Below, in pieces: positions 1 to 9,864 of a DNA stretch of 64,000 nucleotides. The translations under genes and the position numbers were made by a program. The notes below the pieces were generated by a model. It did no database searches, was not told the DNA's origin, and saw nothing but the letters and a program-made list of their open reading frames with translations. Origin of the DNA: Elusimicrobiota bacterium (GTDB lineage: Bacteria; Elusimicrobiota; Elusimicrobia; UBA1565); assembly GCA_043827405.1 (NCBI GenBank), contig JBDRPD010000066.1, forward strand, positions 1 through 64,000. The letters run 5' to 3'. How positions within the stretch are numbered: the first letter of the stretch is position 1; every line of letters starts with the position of its first letter.

Positions 1-1
1 A

Positions 2-202
2 GTACGGGTCTCACCGCATACGCTGCGGCATACCTTCGCCACCCAGTACATCCGAAACGGCGGCGATCCGTTCAGCCTTCAGGCGATCCTCGGGCACTCG
101 ACTTTGGAGATGGTCCGCAACTATGTGAATCTCGCCAGTCGTGATGTCATGGTGCAGCACCGGAAGTTTTCGCCGTTGGACCGGTTGTTTCGGATGTCGT
201 AG
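2..202 (+). CDS. Tyrosine recombinase/integrase, C-terminal part (truncated by window start)
   Basis: Frame 2 reads VRVSPHTLRHTFATQYIRNGGDPFSLQAILGHSTLEMVRNYVNL...: HxLRH, LGH and catalytic Tyr motifs; stop TAG at 200-202. Not in the ORF track. Confidence 0.9.
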   Translation, partial: VRVSPHTLRHTFATQYIRNGGDPFSLQAILGHSTLEMVRNYVNLASRDVMVQHRKFSPLDRLFRMS

Positions 203-264
203 GGGGGGACCCCCGTACCATATCCGGTGCCGTGGAGGTCTTGAAATGTTATCCTGTTCCTGCT

Positions 265-389
265 ATAGTTTATTATAATACTTATAAGACAACTAATAGT
301 ATCCGAATCTATATTATGGCAAATAGTGTATTTGTGTTATTCTCTGTGCGACAACCTAGGGTTGTCAATTTGCAATAGTTATAAACTAT
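265..389. promoter_or_regulatory. AT-rich promoter with inverted repeats (probable AbiEi operator)
   Basis: GACAACC-TAG-GGTTGTC (350-366); ATAGTT-ATA-AACTAT (375-389) overlapping the start codon; 265-293 and 361-389 form an imperfect 29-bp inverted pair. Confidence 0.6.
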
Positions 390-1173
390 GAAAAGCGAAT
401 CGTCTCGGAGCAAGCTCAATAACCTGCTAACCTGTTGGCCGAAAGGGACCGTAGCGGTTCAGGCGTGGCTGCGAAAGCAGGGCATATCCAGGCAGCTCGC
501 GGAGAAATACCGCCGCTCGAATTGGATACAGCGGATAGGGCGAGGAGCATACACCAGGGCTGGGGACAAAGCAGAGCTATTCGGAGCAGTGTACACCCTC
601 CAGTCCCAACTTAATTTGCCCGTCCATGTCGGGGCGAAGACCGCGTTGGAACTCCAGGGATACGCGCATTTTCTGCCGATGAAGGGATTGCCGCTCGTAC
701 ATCTATACGGGCGTCCCGGCCGGCCCTTGCCGGCCTGGTTTCGAGGTTGCGATTGGGATTCGCGCGTCCGCTATCATTTGGTCCAGCTCTTTCGGGGCAA
801 GCCCGATGCCGGACTGACGAGCAAGCCGCAGGGAGAATACACGGTACGCATGTCCGCTCCGGAACGGGCCGCGTTGGAGCTGGCCGAACTCGTTCCCTCC
901 GAGCAGTCATTTGAAGGAGCCCGGCTGCTGATGGAGAGTCTCACGACGCTTCGCCCCGATCTCGTTCAGGAGTTACTGGAGACTTGCCGGTCGGTCAAAG
1001 CGAAGCGGCTGTTTCTCTTTCTGGCGGAGGCCTGCGGGCATCAGTGGATGAAGCGGCTCGATCTGCAAAAAGTGGATCTCGGTCGCGGCAACCGGCTTAT
1101 AGTCCGCCACGGCCGCTTGGACTCAAAATACCAGATAACGGTGCCGGTGGAAACGCCGCAAGAGGTGCCATGA
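388..1173 (+). CDS. abiEi: Type IV TA system AbiEi-family antitoxin
   Basis: N-terminal wHTH (W..RIGRGAY), SAPERAALE and KAKRLFLFLAE..H.W motifs; ATGA-coupled to the AbiEii gene. Confidence 0.88.
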   Translation: MKSESSRSKLNNLLTCWPKGTVAVQAWLRKQGISRQLAEKYRRSNWIQRIGRGAYTRAGDKAELFGAVYTLQSQLNLPVHVGAKTALELQGYAHFLPMKGLPLVHLYGRPGRPLPAWFRGCDWDSRVRYHLVQLFRGKPDAGLTSKPQGEYTVRMSAPERAALELAELVPSEQSFEGARLLMESLTTLRPDLVQELLETCRSVKAKRLFLFLAEACGHQWMKRLDLQKVDLGRGNRLIVRHGRLDSKYQITVPVETPQEVP

Positions 1174-2078
1174 GAAGTCCTTTCCTTGAACAGTCGGTAC
1201 TGATGCTGCGCGTGATGCCGCACGTTGCCGCCGAAGAGTGCTTCGCTCTTAAAGGCGGAACGGCGATCAACTTCTTCGTCCGCGACATGCCGCGGTTGTC
1301 GGTGGATATCGACTTGACATATCTGCCCATCGAACCCCGCGAGGTGAGCCTGACCAAGATCGGGAATGCGCTGGATCGGATCAAGTCCAAGATCATCGAA
1401 ACCGTGTCCGGGACGACGGTACAGGAAGGCCGCTACGAGAACAGGACTTCGAAGCTCTTCGTGCGGGGAACTGACGGCGAGATCAAGATCGAACCGAACT
1501 TCGTGCTCCGTGGATCGGTGCATCCGCCCATCGAGCGCGACCTATGTCCGGCGGCTCAAGCTCGGTTTGAAGTCGCCGTCCGCATCCGAGTCCTTTCGGA
1601 CGCGGACCTGTACGGCGGAAAACTCTGCGCCGCCTTGGACCGCCAGCATCCGCGCGACCTCTTCGACGTGAAGGTGCTTTTAGAGGACGAGGGTATCACA
1701 CCGGAGATTCGGAAGTCCTTTCTCGTCTATCTTATCAGTCACGACAGACCCATGCACGAGGTCATCGATCCGACACGGAAGGACCAAAAGGCGGTGTTCG
1801 ACGCTGACTTCCAGGGGATGTCGGCTGAGATCGTGGAGTATCAAGAGTTGCTTGATGCCCGCGAGAGTCTTATCGAACAGCTCCATGCCGGTCTCACGGC
1901 CGACGAGAAAAACTTTCTCGTCTCGGTGAAGGAGGGCAAACCTGTCTGGCCGCTCCTTGGGCTGGATGGCGTCGAGAAGATGCCCGCAGTTCGGTGGAAG
2001 CTCCAGAATATTGCGAAGATGGATGAACGCAAGCATAAGGAGCAGCTTGATAACCTCAAGCAGAAGCTCGGGCTGTAG
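1170..2078 (+). CDS. abiEii: Type IV TA system AbiEii-family nucleotidyltransferase toxin
   Basis: FALKGGTAINFF..RLSVDIDL and GKLCAALDRQHPRDLFD motifs; start moved to ATG 1170 (ATGA overlap). Confidence 0.92.
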   Translation: MRSPFLEQSVLMLRVMPHVAAEECFALKGGTAINFFVRDMPRLSVDIDLTYLPIEPREVSLTKIGNALDRIKSKIIETVSGTTVQEGRYENRTSKLFVRGTDGEIKIEPNFVLRGSVHPPIERDLCPAAQARFEVAVRIRVLSDADLYGGKLCAALDRQHPRDLFDVKVLLEDEGITPEIRKSFLVYLISHDRPMHEVIDPTRKDQKAVFDADFQGMSAEIVEYQELLDARESLIEQLHAGLTADEKNFLVSVKEGKPVWPLLGLDGVEKMPAVRWKLQNIAKMDERKHKEQLDNLKQKLGL

Positions 2079-2115
2079 AGAGGCTGCCTGGCCTTCAAGT
2101 CATCGGCGTTGTCTA

Positions 2116-2237
2116 GCGCGGCTGAGCCGATTTTGCTGTGCTAGGTTTTGTTTGACTCCTATCGGCGGATTATCCAGCAGCGCGGTAAACTCCCCCTGAA
2201 ACGCGAGCGCAAACTGATCGCGCTCGCGCAGAAAGGC
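2116..2237 (+). repeat. Imperfect ~122-bp direct repeat, copy 1 (downstream of TA module 1)
   Basis: Shares CGATTTTGCTGTGCTAGGTTTTGTT, CCCCTGAAACGCGAGCGCAA and CTCGCGCAGAAAGGC with 3680-3801. Confidence 0.9.
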
Positions 2238-2339
2238 ATATTGTCGGCTCAGGAAGAACTGCTCCTCCACCTGGTCGGGTTCATGGTGTTTCGGATTATG
2301 CCCAGACTGCCACAAAAACTGGATGAGAGACTGGGGTAG
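2148..2339 (+). pseudogene. Truncated ORF resembling a sigma-70-type factor N-terminus (region 1.2/2.1)
   Basis: LPLKRERKLIALAQKG..SAQEELLLHLVGF resembles the L..EEE..L..AQ.G...A.E.L pattern; only 63 aa. Confidence 0.4.
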
Positions 2340-2349
2340 GGTCAGGGGC

Positions 2350-2385
2350 TTGACAAAATCTATTAATTGCATAATAATATGCAAT
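2350..2385 (+). promoter_or_regulatory. Sigma70 promoter with overlapping palindromic operator
   Basis: TTGACA at 2350-2355; ATTGCATA-ATAA-TATGCAAT (2366-2385) covers the -10 region. Confidence 0.65.
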
Positions 2386-2414
2386 ATATTGTACGTTAAT
2401 ATACAAATTGTTGT

Positions 2415-2990
2415 ATGAACAAGTATCGAGTCGATAAAGCATGGTTGTGGGCCGTTTTAGGGGAATGGGACAAGTACGTTCCCAAAAAGGTCCGCTTGGT
2501 TGCCTGCGGCGGGACGGCGCTGACGCTGCAGGATCTAAAGGAGTCCACGAAGGATATCGATTTCCTGATCCCGGATGATGATGAGTATAGGACGCTGATT
2601 CTGACGCTGCGCAAGCTCGGCTATAAGCAGGTAGGCGGGTTCAAGTGGGCGGGGAGCGACGGCTTTACGTTCGACTTCTTCTCCGGCAAGCAGATTTTCA
2701 CTACTGAGCTGCTGGAGTCGTCGCTGGAAGAAGGGAACAATATCCCCATTCGCCAGCTAAAGCGGATTTACGTGGGCGCACTCAACGACTATGACTTCAT
2801 CATCTCGAAGATGTTCCGCGGGACCGCGGTGGACGAAGAGGATTGTCTGCGGCTCATTAGGGCCAGGGGGAAGGAACTGAGTCTGGCGAGGCTGAAGGAA
2901 AGATATTTGGAGAACGCACAGTACACGTTGAAGCCAAAGGACATGGAATATAATCTCGAAAGTTTGCTGGACAAGTTGGGGGCTGGATGA
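2415..2990 (+). CDS. Nucleotidyltransferase (DUF6036/AbiEii-like), putative toxin
   Basis: ACGGTAL...TKDIDF (GG..DxD) and IISK.FRG...DEED motifs. Confidence 0.75.
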   Translation: MNKYRVDKAWLWAVLGEWDKYVPKKVRLVACGGTALTLQDLKESTKDIDFLIPDDDEYRTLILTLRKLGYKQVGGFKWAGSDGFTFDFFSGKQIFTTELLESSLEEGNNIPIRQLKRIYVGALNDYDFIISKMFRGTAVDEEDCLRLIRARGKELSLARLKERYLENAQYTLKPKDMEYNLESLLDKLGAG

Positions 2991-3673
2991 AAAGGGGGGA
3001 CGCCGCGCATCTGCTGTCCGCCTTGGCCGAGTACGGCTACTCGCTGCTTAGTCCGGAAGCGACGCCTGATCCGAACGATGTGCTGGCGCGGATGACGCGG
3101 AGTCGCGACACGCGGGTCCTCGAAGGATTTCCCGTTGTCCTGGTAAACGCATCGGACAGGCATCCGAACAGCGTGGACCTGGAGCGTGCTGAGTCGCTTT
3201 TGAAGAATGAGGTCGGGCGCGCGAAGTTCCGCCAACTGGTCATGCTGGCGGCGCTCCTTTGCGAGGGGCGTGACGAGTCCTTGGCTTGGCTGGTGAAGAA
3301 GCCGAAATGGCTGAAGGAGACCGCGCTGAAGAAGCTCCGCGGTCCGCTGGCGCGCAACGAACCGCTGGTGTTGACGGACGGCATGAAGCTCGACCCGGAG
3401 CGGCTGAAGAATACGTTTTTTGAGTATGCCCGTGGCGGCCGCGCGGCGGAACAGTCGGAGGCGGATAAGTCGCGCCTTGGCGAAGAGATGCGAAAGGAGT
3501 ATTACCTTTCCCTGCTGCTTACGCCGAGGCAGAAGGAACTGCTCCATAAGAAGCTTCGCGGCGAAAAAATGAGCAAGACGGAGCGGGAGTATTTCTCGCG
3601 CGTCGTCAAGAAGAAGCTGCGGGCCCTGGCCGATCCGGATCTCCATCGGCTGGCGCAGAAGGCGTTGCAGTAG
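2987..3673 (+). CDS. Putative partner/antitoxin with C-terminal HTH-like region
   Basis: ATGA-coupled to the NTase; C-terminal LTPRQKELL..K..GE.MSKTEREYFSRVVKKKL. Confidence 0.55.
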   Translation: MKRGDAAHLLSALAEYGYSLLSPEATPDPNDVLARMTRSRDTRVLEGFPVVLVNASDRHPNSVDLERAESLLKNEVGRAKFRQLVMLAALLCEGRDESLAWLVKKPKWLKETALKKLRGPLARNEPLVLTDGMKLDPERLKNTFFEYARGGRAAEQSEADKSRLGEEMRKEYYLSLLLTPRQKELLHKKLRGEKMSKTEREYFSRVVKKKLRALADPDLHRLAQKALQ

Positions 3674-3679
3674 GACTTG

Positions 3680-3801
3680 GCGCGGCAAAGTCGATTTTGC
3701 TGTGCTAGGTTTTGTTCGCAGCCTATCGCTGGATAATCCAAGAACGCGGCAAGCTTCCCCTGAAACGCGAGCGCAAGCTGATCTCCCTCGCGCAGAAAGG
3801 C
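3680..3801 (+). repeat. Imperfect ~122-bp direct repeat, copy 2 (downstream of TA module 2)
   Basis: Aligns without gaps to 2116-2237; encodes LFAAYRWIIQERGKLPLKRERKLISLAQKG, then an early stop. Confidence 0.9.
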
Positions 3802-4113
3802 TATTCAGGCCTATGACTTGAGATTCAAAAAACAAGTGCGGGGAGCGGCAGTCGCTGCATCTCAGCACCTGCATGTGGGAAGGAGCCTCAGGTTTGATAT
3901 TCGGCTGCGCGCGAACGCGCAAAGAGGTCTGCTTCTCGGATCTGCCGGTTCGTCAAGCGGATAAATTCATGCAGCAGTTTGGGAGAATCCCCTCATGAGT
4001 CGTCCTTGAGCTTTATTTGAGCCTCCCCTGAGCTGTGTCTCCCATACTGATACCAGGACGAGTGCGCTCCGTTTCTGACGGAAGCGTGATGCCGGTACCT
4101 CGGAGGCCGTGAG

Positions 4114-4697
4114 ATGATGGGTGTTATCTGCGATATTCTGGTCGGGTTTATTGAGAAGAATTCCGATGAGGCGACCGTCGAGAAAATCAAGAGCCGTGCC
4201 GGGATGCCGGGCAGGAGCTTCGCCTGGCATGAAATCGTCAAAGAAGAGGACTGGCAGCGGTTGCTGAAGGCCGCAGGGGAGGAGCTGGGCGTCGAGGCTT
4301 CCGTCGCTGAGCAGATGTTCGCGGAGCATTCCATCGGCATCCTAACGGACAAGTTCGGGAGCTTCTTCAGAATATCCAGTACGCCGCTCGACCTCCTGCG
4401 TAAAGTCGCCAAGATACACCTTGATTTCCCAAGCTCCATGGGTATGCGGACCCGAAAGAAGCTCGAGCTCGCGGTCGATGCGCCGGACAGGCTCATCTAC
4501 CACTACCGCTCGCCAAACCGTCTTTGCGTGTTCTTGAAAGCCCTGGCCGTCAAGGTCTTCGAGCACTATGGGGAGAACCAATACGCCATCACTGAGACCC
4601 AGTGCATGAAGGAAGGAGCTGAGTGGTGCGAGATTGTCATGAGCGTGGAGCGGGTCGCGAACCAGCGGAAGCGGCCGGAGACTCCGGCCGAGATGTC

Positions 4698-4701
<4 letters not shown>
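4114..4701 (+). CDS. H-NOX (heme NO/O2-binding)/V4R-type sensor protein
   Basis: MMG.I...L..F start, proximal His (KIHL), HYRSPNRL (YxSxR variant), C-terminal C...G...C. Confidence 0.75.
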
Positions 4702-6176
<1,475 letters not shown>

Positions 6177-6337
6177 ACTCAAAGCGTCGTTAATCCGGCT
6201 ATTTGCAGACGCGCAGGACCGCATCACGAGTTCGCTTTCCTGGCGGACTTTTTGAGGGAACTGGAAGGCAGGGCAAAAGAAAAAGTGATGAAAAAATCAG
6301 CGCTTACCTGGGGCGAAGGGGCTTAAAAACTTCTCCC

Positions 6338-6378
6338 GGTTATGAGCCTTGCGAGCTACCAGGCTGCTCTACCCCGCA
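6338..6378 (-). tRNA. tRNA-fMet(CAT) 5' half only, copy 1 (att-site fragment)
   Basis: Minus strand TGCGGGGTAGAGCAGCCTGGTAGCTCGCAAGGCTCATAACC: acceptor 5' strand, D arm and anticodon CAT; no T arm follows. Confidence 0.88.
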
Positions 6379-6382
6379 CTTC

Positions 6383-6411
6383 AGTGTAGCATGTGGGGGT
6401 TGCGATTACAA
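6383..6411 (-). promoter_or_regulatory. Sigma70 promoter of tRNA fragment 1
   Basis: TTGTAA-17 bp-TACACT with extended TG, 4 nt before tRNA position 1. Confidence 0.7.
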
Positions 6412-6648
6412 TAGTCGTCGAGAACTTCGAGAAAATAAGGAGATACGAGGAGCGAGTCAGGCGGCTTCTTTTTTCTTAGGGGACTGGGGTTGATGGGGTG
6501 ACACGGGCTCGGATTCGGATTTGTGACCAGAACGTGACCAACTCTTCTCTAGCTTGCTGGCCGCGCTCCGCAGGTGTTCGGGACCGCCTTTACCGACCCC
6601 CAAAAAAACTGGCGTGCCGCGTCTGTCTCGGTCCTGCGGGTTGGTATC

Positions 6649-7179
6649 CTACCAACTGGACCAAAGTTTGTCGGAGTACTTGTATCCCGGCCGGTACCAC
6701 CAGGGGTAGCCGTCCAAAGCGACCCGGTGAGTGCAGTCCACGAAGAACTCCCCATGGCAGAGACTGCCCGGCACCCAAATGTATCCCCAACCGCCGGTGT
6801 CCTGCAGCTTGCCGCTGTTCTCACTTGTGGGGCAGACCTCTCCGCCATAGACAACGACCTCTGAGTGCCGTCCGTGATCGAGAGTCTCGGCGCTTGGCAG
6901 GCTGTTTAGAAGGTTCTCTTGTATCAGTTGTTCGATCTGTCGGGGGTATTCTCCGTTGTGGTTCTCATTATATTGGGATAGCGCCGACCGGATGGCTCCC
7001 AGATTGCCGCTGTTTCGTGCCCGCGCACGCTTGGCCGGATGGATTTCGGATGGCGCGAACGGGTTGAAAAGCGCCGCTAATATGAGCCCGGCGGAGACCA
7101 GTAGGATCGTCGTGAGACAGCCGCACCCGCTTCGTTTCTCCGGGCCTTCCGGCTGTGTCGCGGAGTCGCGGGCGGTCAT
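6649..7179 (-). CDS. Pilin/pseudopilin-like protein without a prepilin cleavage motif
   Basis: TM segment, then GNLGAIRSAL..Y.....G.YP, DTGGWGY and VDCTH, matching the pilin at 35274. Confidence 0.65.
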   Translation of the reverse strand: MTARDSATQPEGPEKRSGCGCLTTILLVSAGLILAALFNPFAPSEIHPAKRARARNSGNLGAIRSALSQYNENHNGEYPRQIEQLIQENLLNSLPSAETLDHGRHSEVVVYGGEVCPTSENSGKLQDTGGWGYIWVPGSLCHGEFFVDCTHRVALDGYPWWYRPGYKYSDKLWSSW

Positions 7180-8654
7180 GGGTTTCTTGAAGTCCGATCG
7201 GAGCTATTTTTCTTGAGTGTCGTTGCTCCGGCCGCGGTCGTCCTGTAGCGTTGGAGGCGGCTTCGGGGTTTCTCGGGGATGGTCGGCACGATCAGTCCGG
7301 CGGTCAATAGGGGACCCAGCACCCCCTCGCGAAACTTGGTGCGGTCGGAACGCCTCAGGAGTTTCATGATTTCCACGAGCGGACGCGGATGCTTACAGAA
7401 ATCCAGAATCCTGACTTGGTGCCGACTTAGTGCCGACTTGGTGCCTTGCGAGGCACCAAGTCGCCCCGGCGGCACATGGCCGGGGGTCAGGGGCAGCGCG
7501 AAGGTCACGGAGAAAAAGAGGTCAGACTCGAACACGGGCGGCTTGAGGCGGGCTTCCGCGACGGCGGTGCGGATGCGCTGAATACCGGTTCCCGCCTTTT
7601 CCACCTCGCCGAGACGCATGAAGAGGTCGGCGATCAGGGGGTTGCGGGGCAGGCTGCGGCGGCCAAGGGTCTTGAGGCTCAGGCCGGGGACGAGGCCGCC
7701 GGGATTGCTGATCTCGAGCCGGTCTCGGAACAGCTCCACCATCACGGTGCCTCCCCGCTCGAAGTAGTCCCTATGGATGACAGCGTTGAGCAAGGCCTCG
7801 CGAGCGGCTGCCTTCGGGACGGCTGAAATCTCCTTGCGCTTGAGGCCGGTGATCTCGTAGCGAAGCGGCAGGTTGCGCTGGAGGAATGTCATGGCACCGT
7901 CGACGTTCTCCGCGATGGTGCCGTCGAAGTCTTTGCGATCGAGGATGCGGGCCTTGTCCGTCCCCTGAAAAAGAAGACAGGTGATCCGTGACTGGATATG
8001 GAACAGGCGGGGTTTCTTCGCGAAGAAAAGCACGCCGGCGTTGTTGAGACGGAGGGATTTCCCTTGGCGTCTGGCCGCTGCGATATTGACCAGCAGGTCC
8101 TCGCGCGACAGATTCGCTCTTGTGACGTTGGCCTCTGAGAGGAATTGATTAAAGGCGCGGGGGCTGAAGTCGGCGGGATACCGAAAATCCGCGCACGGAG
8201 TCTCATCGAAGCGGGCATCTCCCTGGGCCCGGACGAAGCGAAGCAGTTCGTCACGGCTCATCTTCTGGGTGTTGGGCCCCGAACGCAGGAAGTAGCCAGC
8301 CGCGCAACCGTAGGGTTTGCGGACGCCTTCGGGGACATCGACAGTCAGGAGGTCCCGTTTCTGGTGCTTGAAAGGGATCAACTCCACGGTCACGGGCGGG
8401 TCGCAGTGGCGTGCCATATCCTGGACACGGGAGAGCAGCTTGTTGTCGATCACGATTCCTTTGACGGTTTTGGCGTCCGTCACTCCGATGTAGACGCGCC
8501 CGCCCCCCGAATTGGCGAAGGCCACCAACTCGCGGGTCAGAGAATCAGAGACGGACTCCTTGAACTCGACGAATTGGCCCTCCCATGCCGCCAAGGTCAT
8601 GGCGAACTCGGAAGCGGCGGGTGGGCGTATTTTCTTTGTGCGCGCGCGGGGCAT
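7176..8654 (-). CDS. Schlafen/AlbA_2 domain + HATPase_c_4-like domain + C-terminal wHTH
   Basis: EGQFVEFKE..ELVAFANSGGGRVYIGVTD; REALLNAVIHRDY, SNPGG, RNPLIA, EKAGTG; TIPEKPRSRLQRY. Confidence 0.88.
   Translation of the reverse strand: MPRARTKKIRPPAASEFAMTLAAWEGQFVEFKESVSDSLTRELVAFANSGGGRVYIGVTDAKTVKGIVIDNKLLSRVQDMARHCDPPVTVELIPFKHQKRDLLTVDVPEGVRKPYGCAAGYFLRSGPNTQKMSRDELLRFVRAQGDARFDETPCADFRYPADFSPRAFNQFLSEANVTRANLSREDLLVNIAAARRQGKSLRLNNAGVLFFAKKPRLFHIQSRITCLLFQGTDKARILDRKDFDGTIAENVDGAMTFLQRNLPLRYEITGLKRKEISAVPKAAAREALLNAVIHRDYFERGGTVMVELFRDRLEISNPGGLVPGLSLKTLGRRSLPRNPLIADLFMRLGEVEKAGTGIQRIRTAVAEARLKPPVFESDLFFSVTFALPLTPGHVPPGRLGASQGTKSALSRHQVRILDFCKHPRPLVEIMKLLRRSDRTKFREGVLGPLLTAGLIVPTIPEKPRSRLQRYRTTAAGATTLKKNSSDRTSRNP
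7413..7463. repeat. Three tandem 11-mers plus one inverted copy inside the Schlafen gene linker
   Basis: GACTT(G/A)GTGCC x3 at 7413-7445; 13-bp perfect inverted repeat at 7434-7463. Confidence 0.85.
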
Positions 8655-8847
8655 GTTCTAACCGGTTTTAAGGCATCATATCATAATGGGTTTTCGGCCC
8701 CGAATATGGGACGGTCGACCTGTGCCCATTTTGTGCCCAACGCAGTCAATAAACAACGATCTCTGTCAAAGTTGGGGAGGGGGGAAGATGGGGTTTTATC
8801 GACGGGAACAATCTCCGTCAATGGGCATAAAAAAAGACTCATAGTGA

Positions 8848-8886
8848 TTATGAGCCTTGCGAGCTACCAGGCTACTCTACCCCGAA
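8848..8886 (-). tRNA. tRNA-fMet 5' half, copy 2 (att-site fragment, 2 substitutions)
   Basis: 39 nt matching copy 1, ending at anticodon loop CTCATAA. Confidence 0.85.
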
Positions 8887-8890
8887 CTTC

Positions 8891-8919
8891 ATAGTAGCAT
8901 TTAGCGGGGGGGGCTTCAA
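8891..8919 (-). promoter_or_regulatory. Sigma70 promoter of tRNA fragment 2
   Basis: TTGAAG-17 bp-TACTAT with extended TG; same spacing to the tRNA as in copy 1. Confidence 0.65.
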
Positions 8920-9140
8920 GCTTCGACGAGAAACGTGTGAGATTACTCGCCGAATATCTCAGCAGTTCGGGCTTCCGGTAGGCGAAAGCGTCAGAGGCGG
9001 GACTCGTTTTGGGACTCGCCCGGAATCCGCTGATCTTGACAGCCCTAGAAGGACCGATATCCTGATAAGATGCCGCGCCGGTTGCTTGCGGCCGGGAGAG
9101 AATGCGGTTAAAATAAGCGGGTTGTGATAGCTTCATTTTA

Positions 9141-9860
9141 ATGGACACTCCTGAAGATAATATTTTCGCCGAGGCCGTTCGCCGGTACAACCGGAAGCTC
9201 GTGATCTGGAACCTGCCGATCCTGCTCTACTTCGCCGCGGTCATCATCGCGTCGCGGCTGGGCTTTGACTTCGATAAGGCCGTGCAGTCCGGGAACTGGC
9301 TGCTCGCGGTTTTTATGGGAGGGGGCTTCCTTCTGGGGATCCCGGCGCTCTTCGCCTGCTGGAATATGGTCAAGTGGATCAGGCGGACGATGAACCCCGA
9401 ATGCCATCCGAGCTTCGCGCCCTTTTGGGAAGGAGGAGCGCTGGCCGGCGAGATCGCGGCGGCGAGCGCGGCGCTGGCCGATGGACCTTTTATCACCGAA
9501 TCGGATTACCTGAAGATCACCGACGAGTGGATCGGGGTGTTCGCCAAATGGGGTTTCGAGGTGTACCGCCTGGATGACGTCGTCTGGATCTACTCCACGC
9601 TGAGCTCTGAATCCGTGAACATGATCGAAGTGTCCAGCGAGGAAGGATTCGCCATGCGTACCAAGCAGGGCGGCGAGATCCCGATCACCGTCTCCTCCGG
9701 CGCCGAGGCCAAGCAGATCCTCGTCGCCATCGCTGAGCGGATCCCTTGGGTCGCGCAGGGGTACGCGCCCGAACTTGTGGAGATGTGGGAGCTGCGGCGG
9801 CAGCAGTTTCTCGGCTGGGTGGAGCGGCGGCGCGAGGACCCGGGGGCGGAGCCGGCCTAG
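9141..9860 (+). CDS. Membrane protein (2 TM + soluble domain, DUF6709-like)
   Basis: Two hydrophobic helices; DVVWIY and PWVAQGY..EL..MW motifs. Confidence 0.5.
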   Translation: MDTPEDNIFAEAVRRYNRKLVIWNLPILLYFAAVIIASRLGFDFDKAVQSGNWLLAVFMGGGFLLGIPALFACWNMVKWIRRTMNPECHPSFAPFWEGGALAGEIAAASAALADGPFITESDYLKITDEWIGVFAKWGFEVYRLDDVVWIYSTLSSESVNMIEVSSEEGFAMRTKQGGEIPITVSSGAEAKQILVAIAERIPWVAQGYAPELVEMWELRRQQFLGWVERRREDPGAEPA

Positions 9861-9864
9861 TCTG

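Larger units (their letters stand above)
6379..8847. mobile_element. Integrase-less island/cassette A between tRNA-fMet fragments
   Basis: Bounded by tRNA halves; paired GTGACCA (6523, 6534) and GTGCCCA (8722, 8733) repeats near the two ends. Confidence 0.65.

Noticed and set aside
984..1169. N-terminal extension of AbiEii (likewise the 4623, 14686, 25014, 35624, 47063 and 62983 starts)
   Set aside because: These extensions overlap neighbouring genes or promoters; downstream ATGs with coupling, RBS or signal peptides fit better
6200..6378. Intact, intron-containing or trans-spliced tRNA-Met
   Set aside because: I found no T-arm or 3' half and no recognisable group I intron core; sequence after the anticodon differs in all three copies, which fits att junctions
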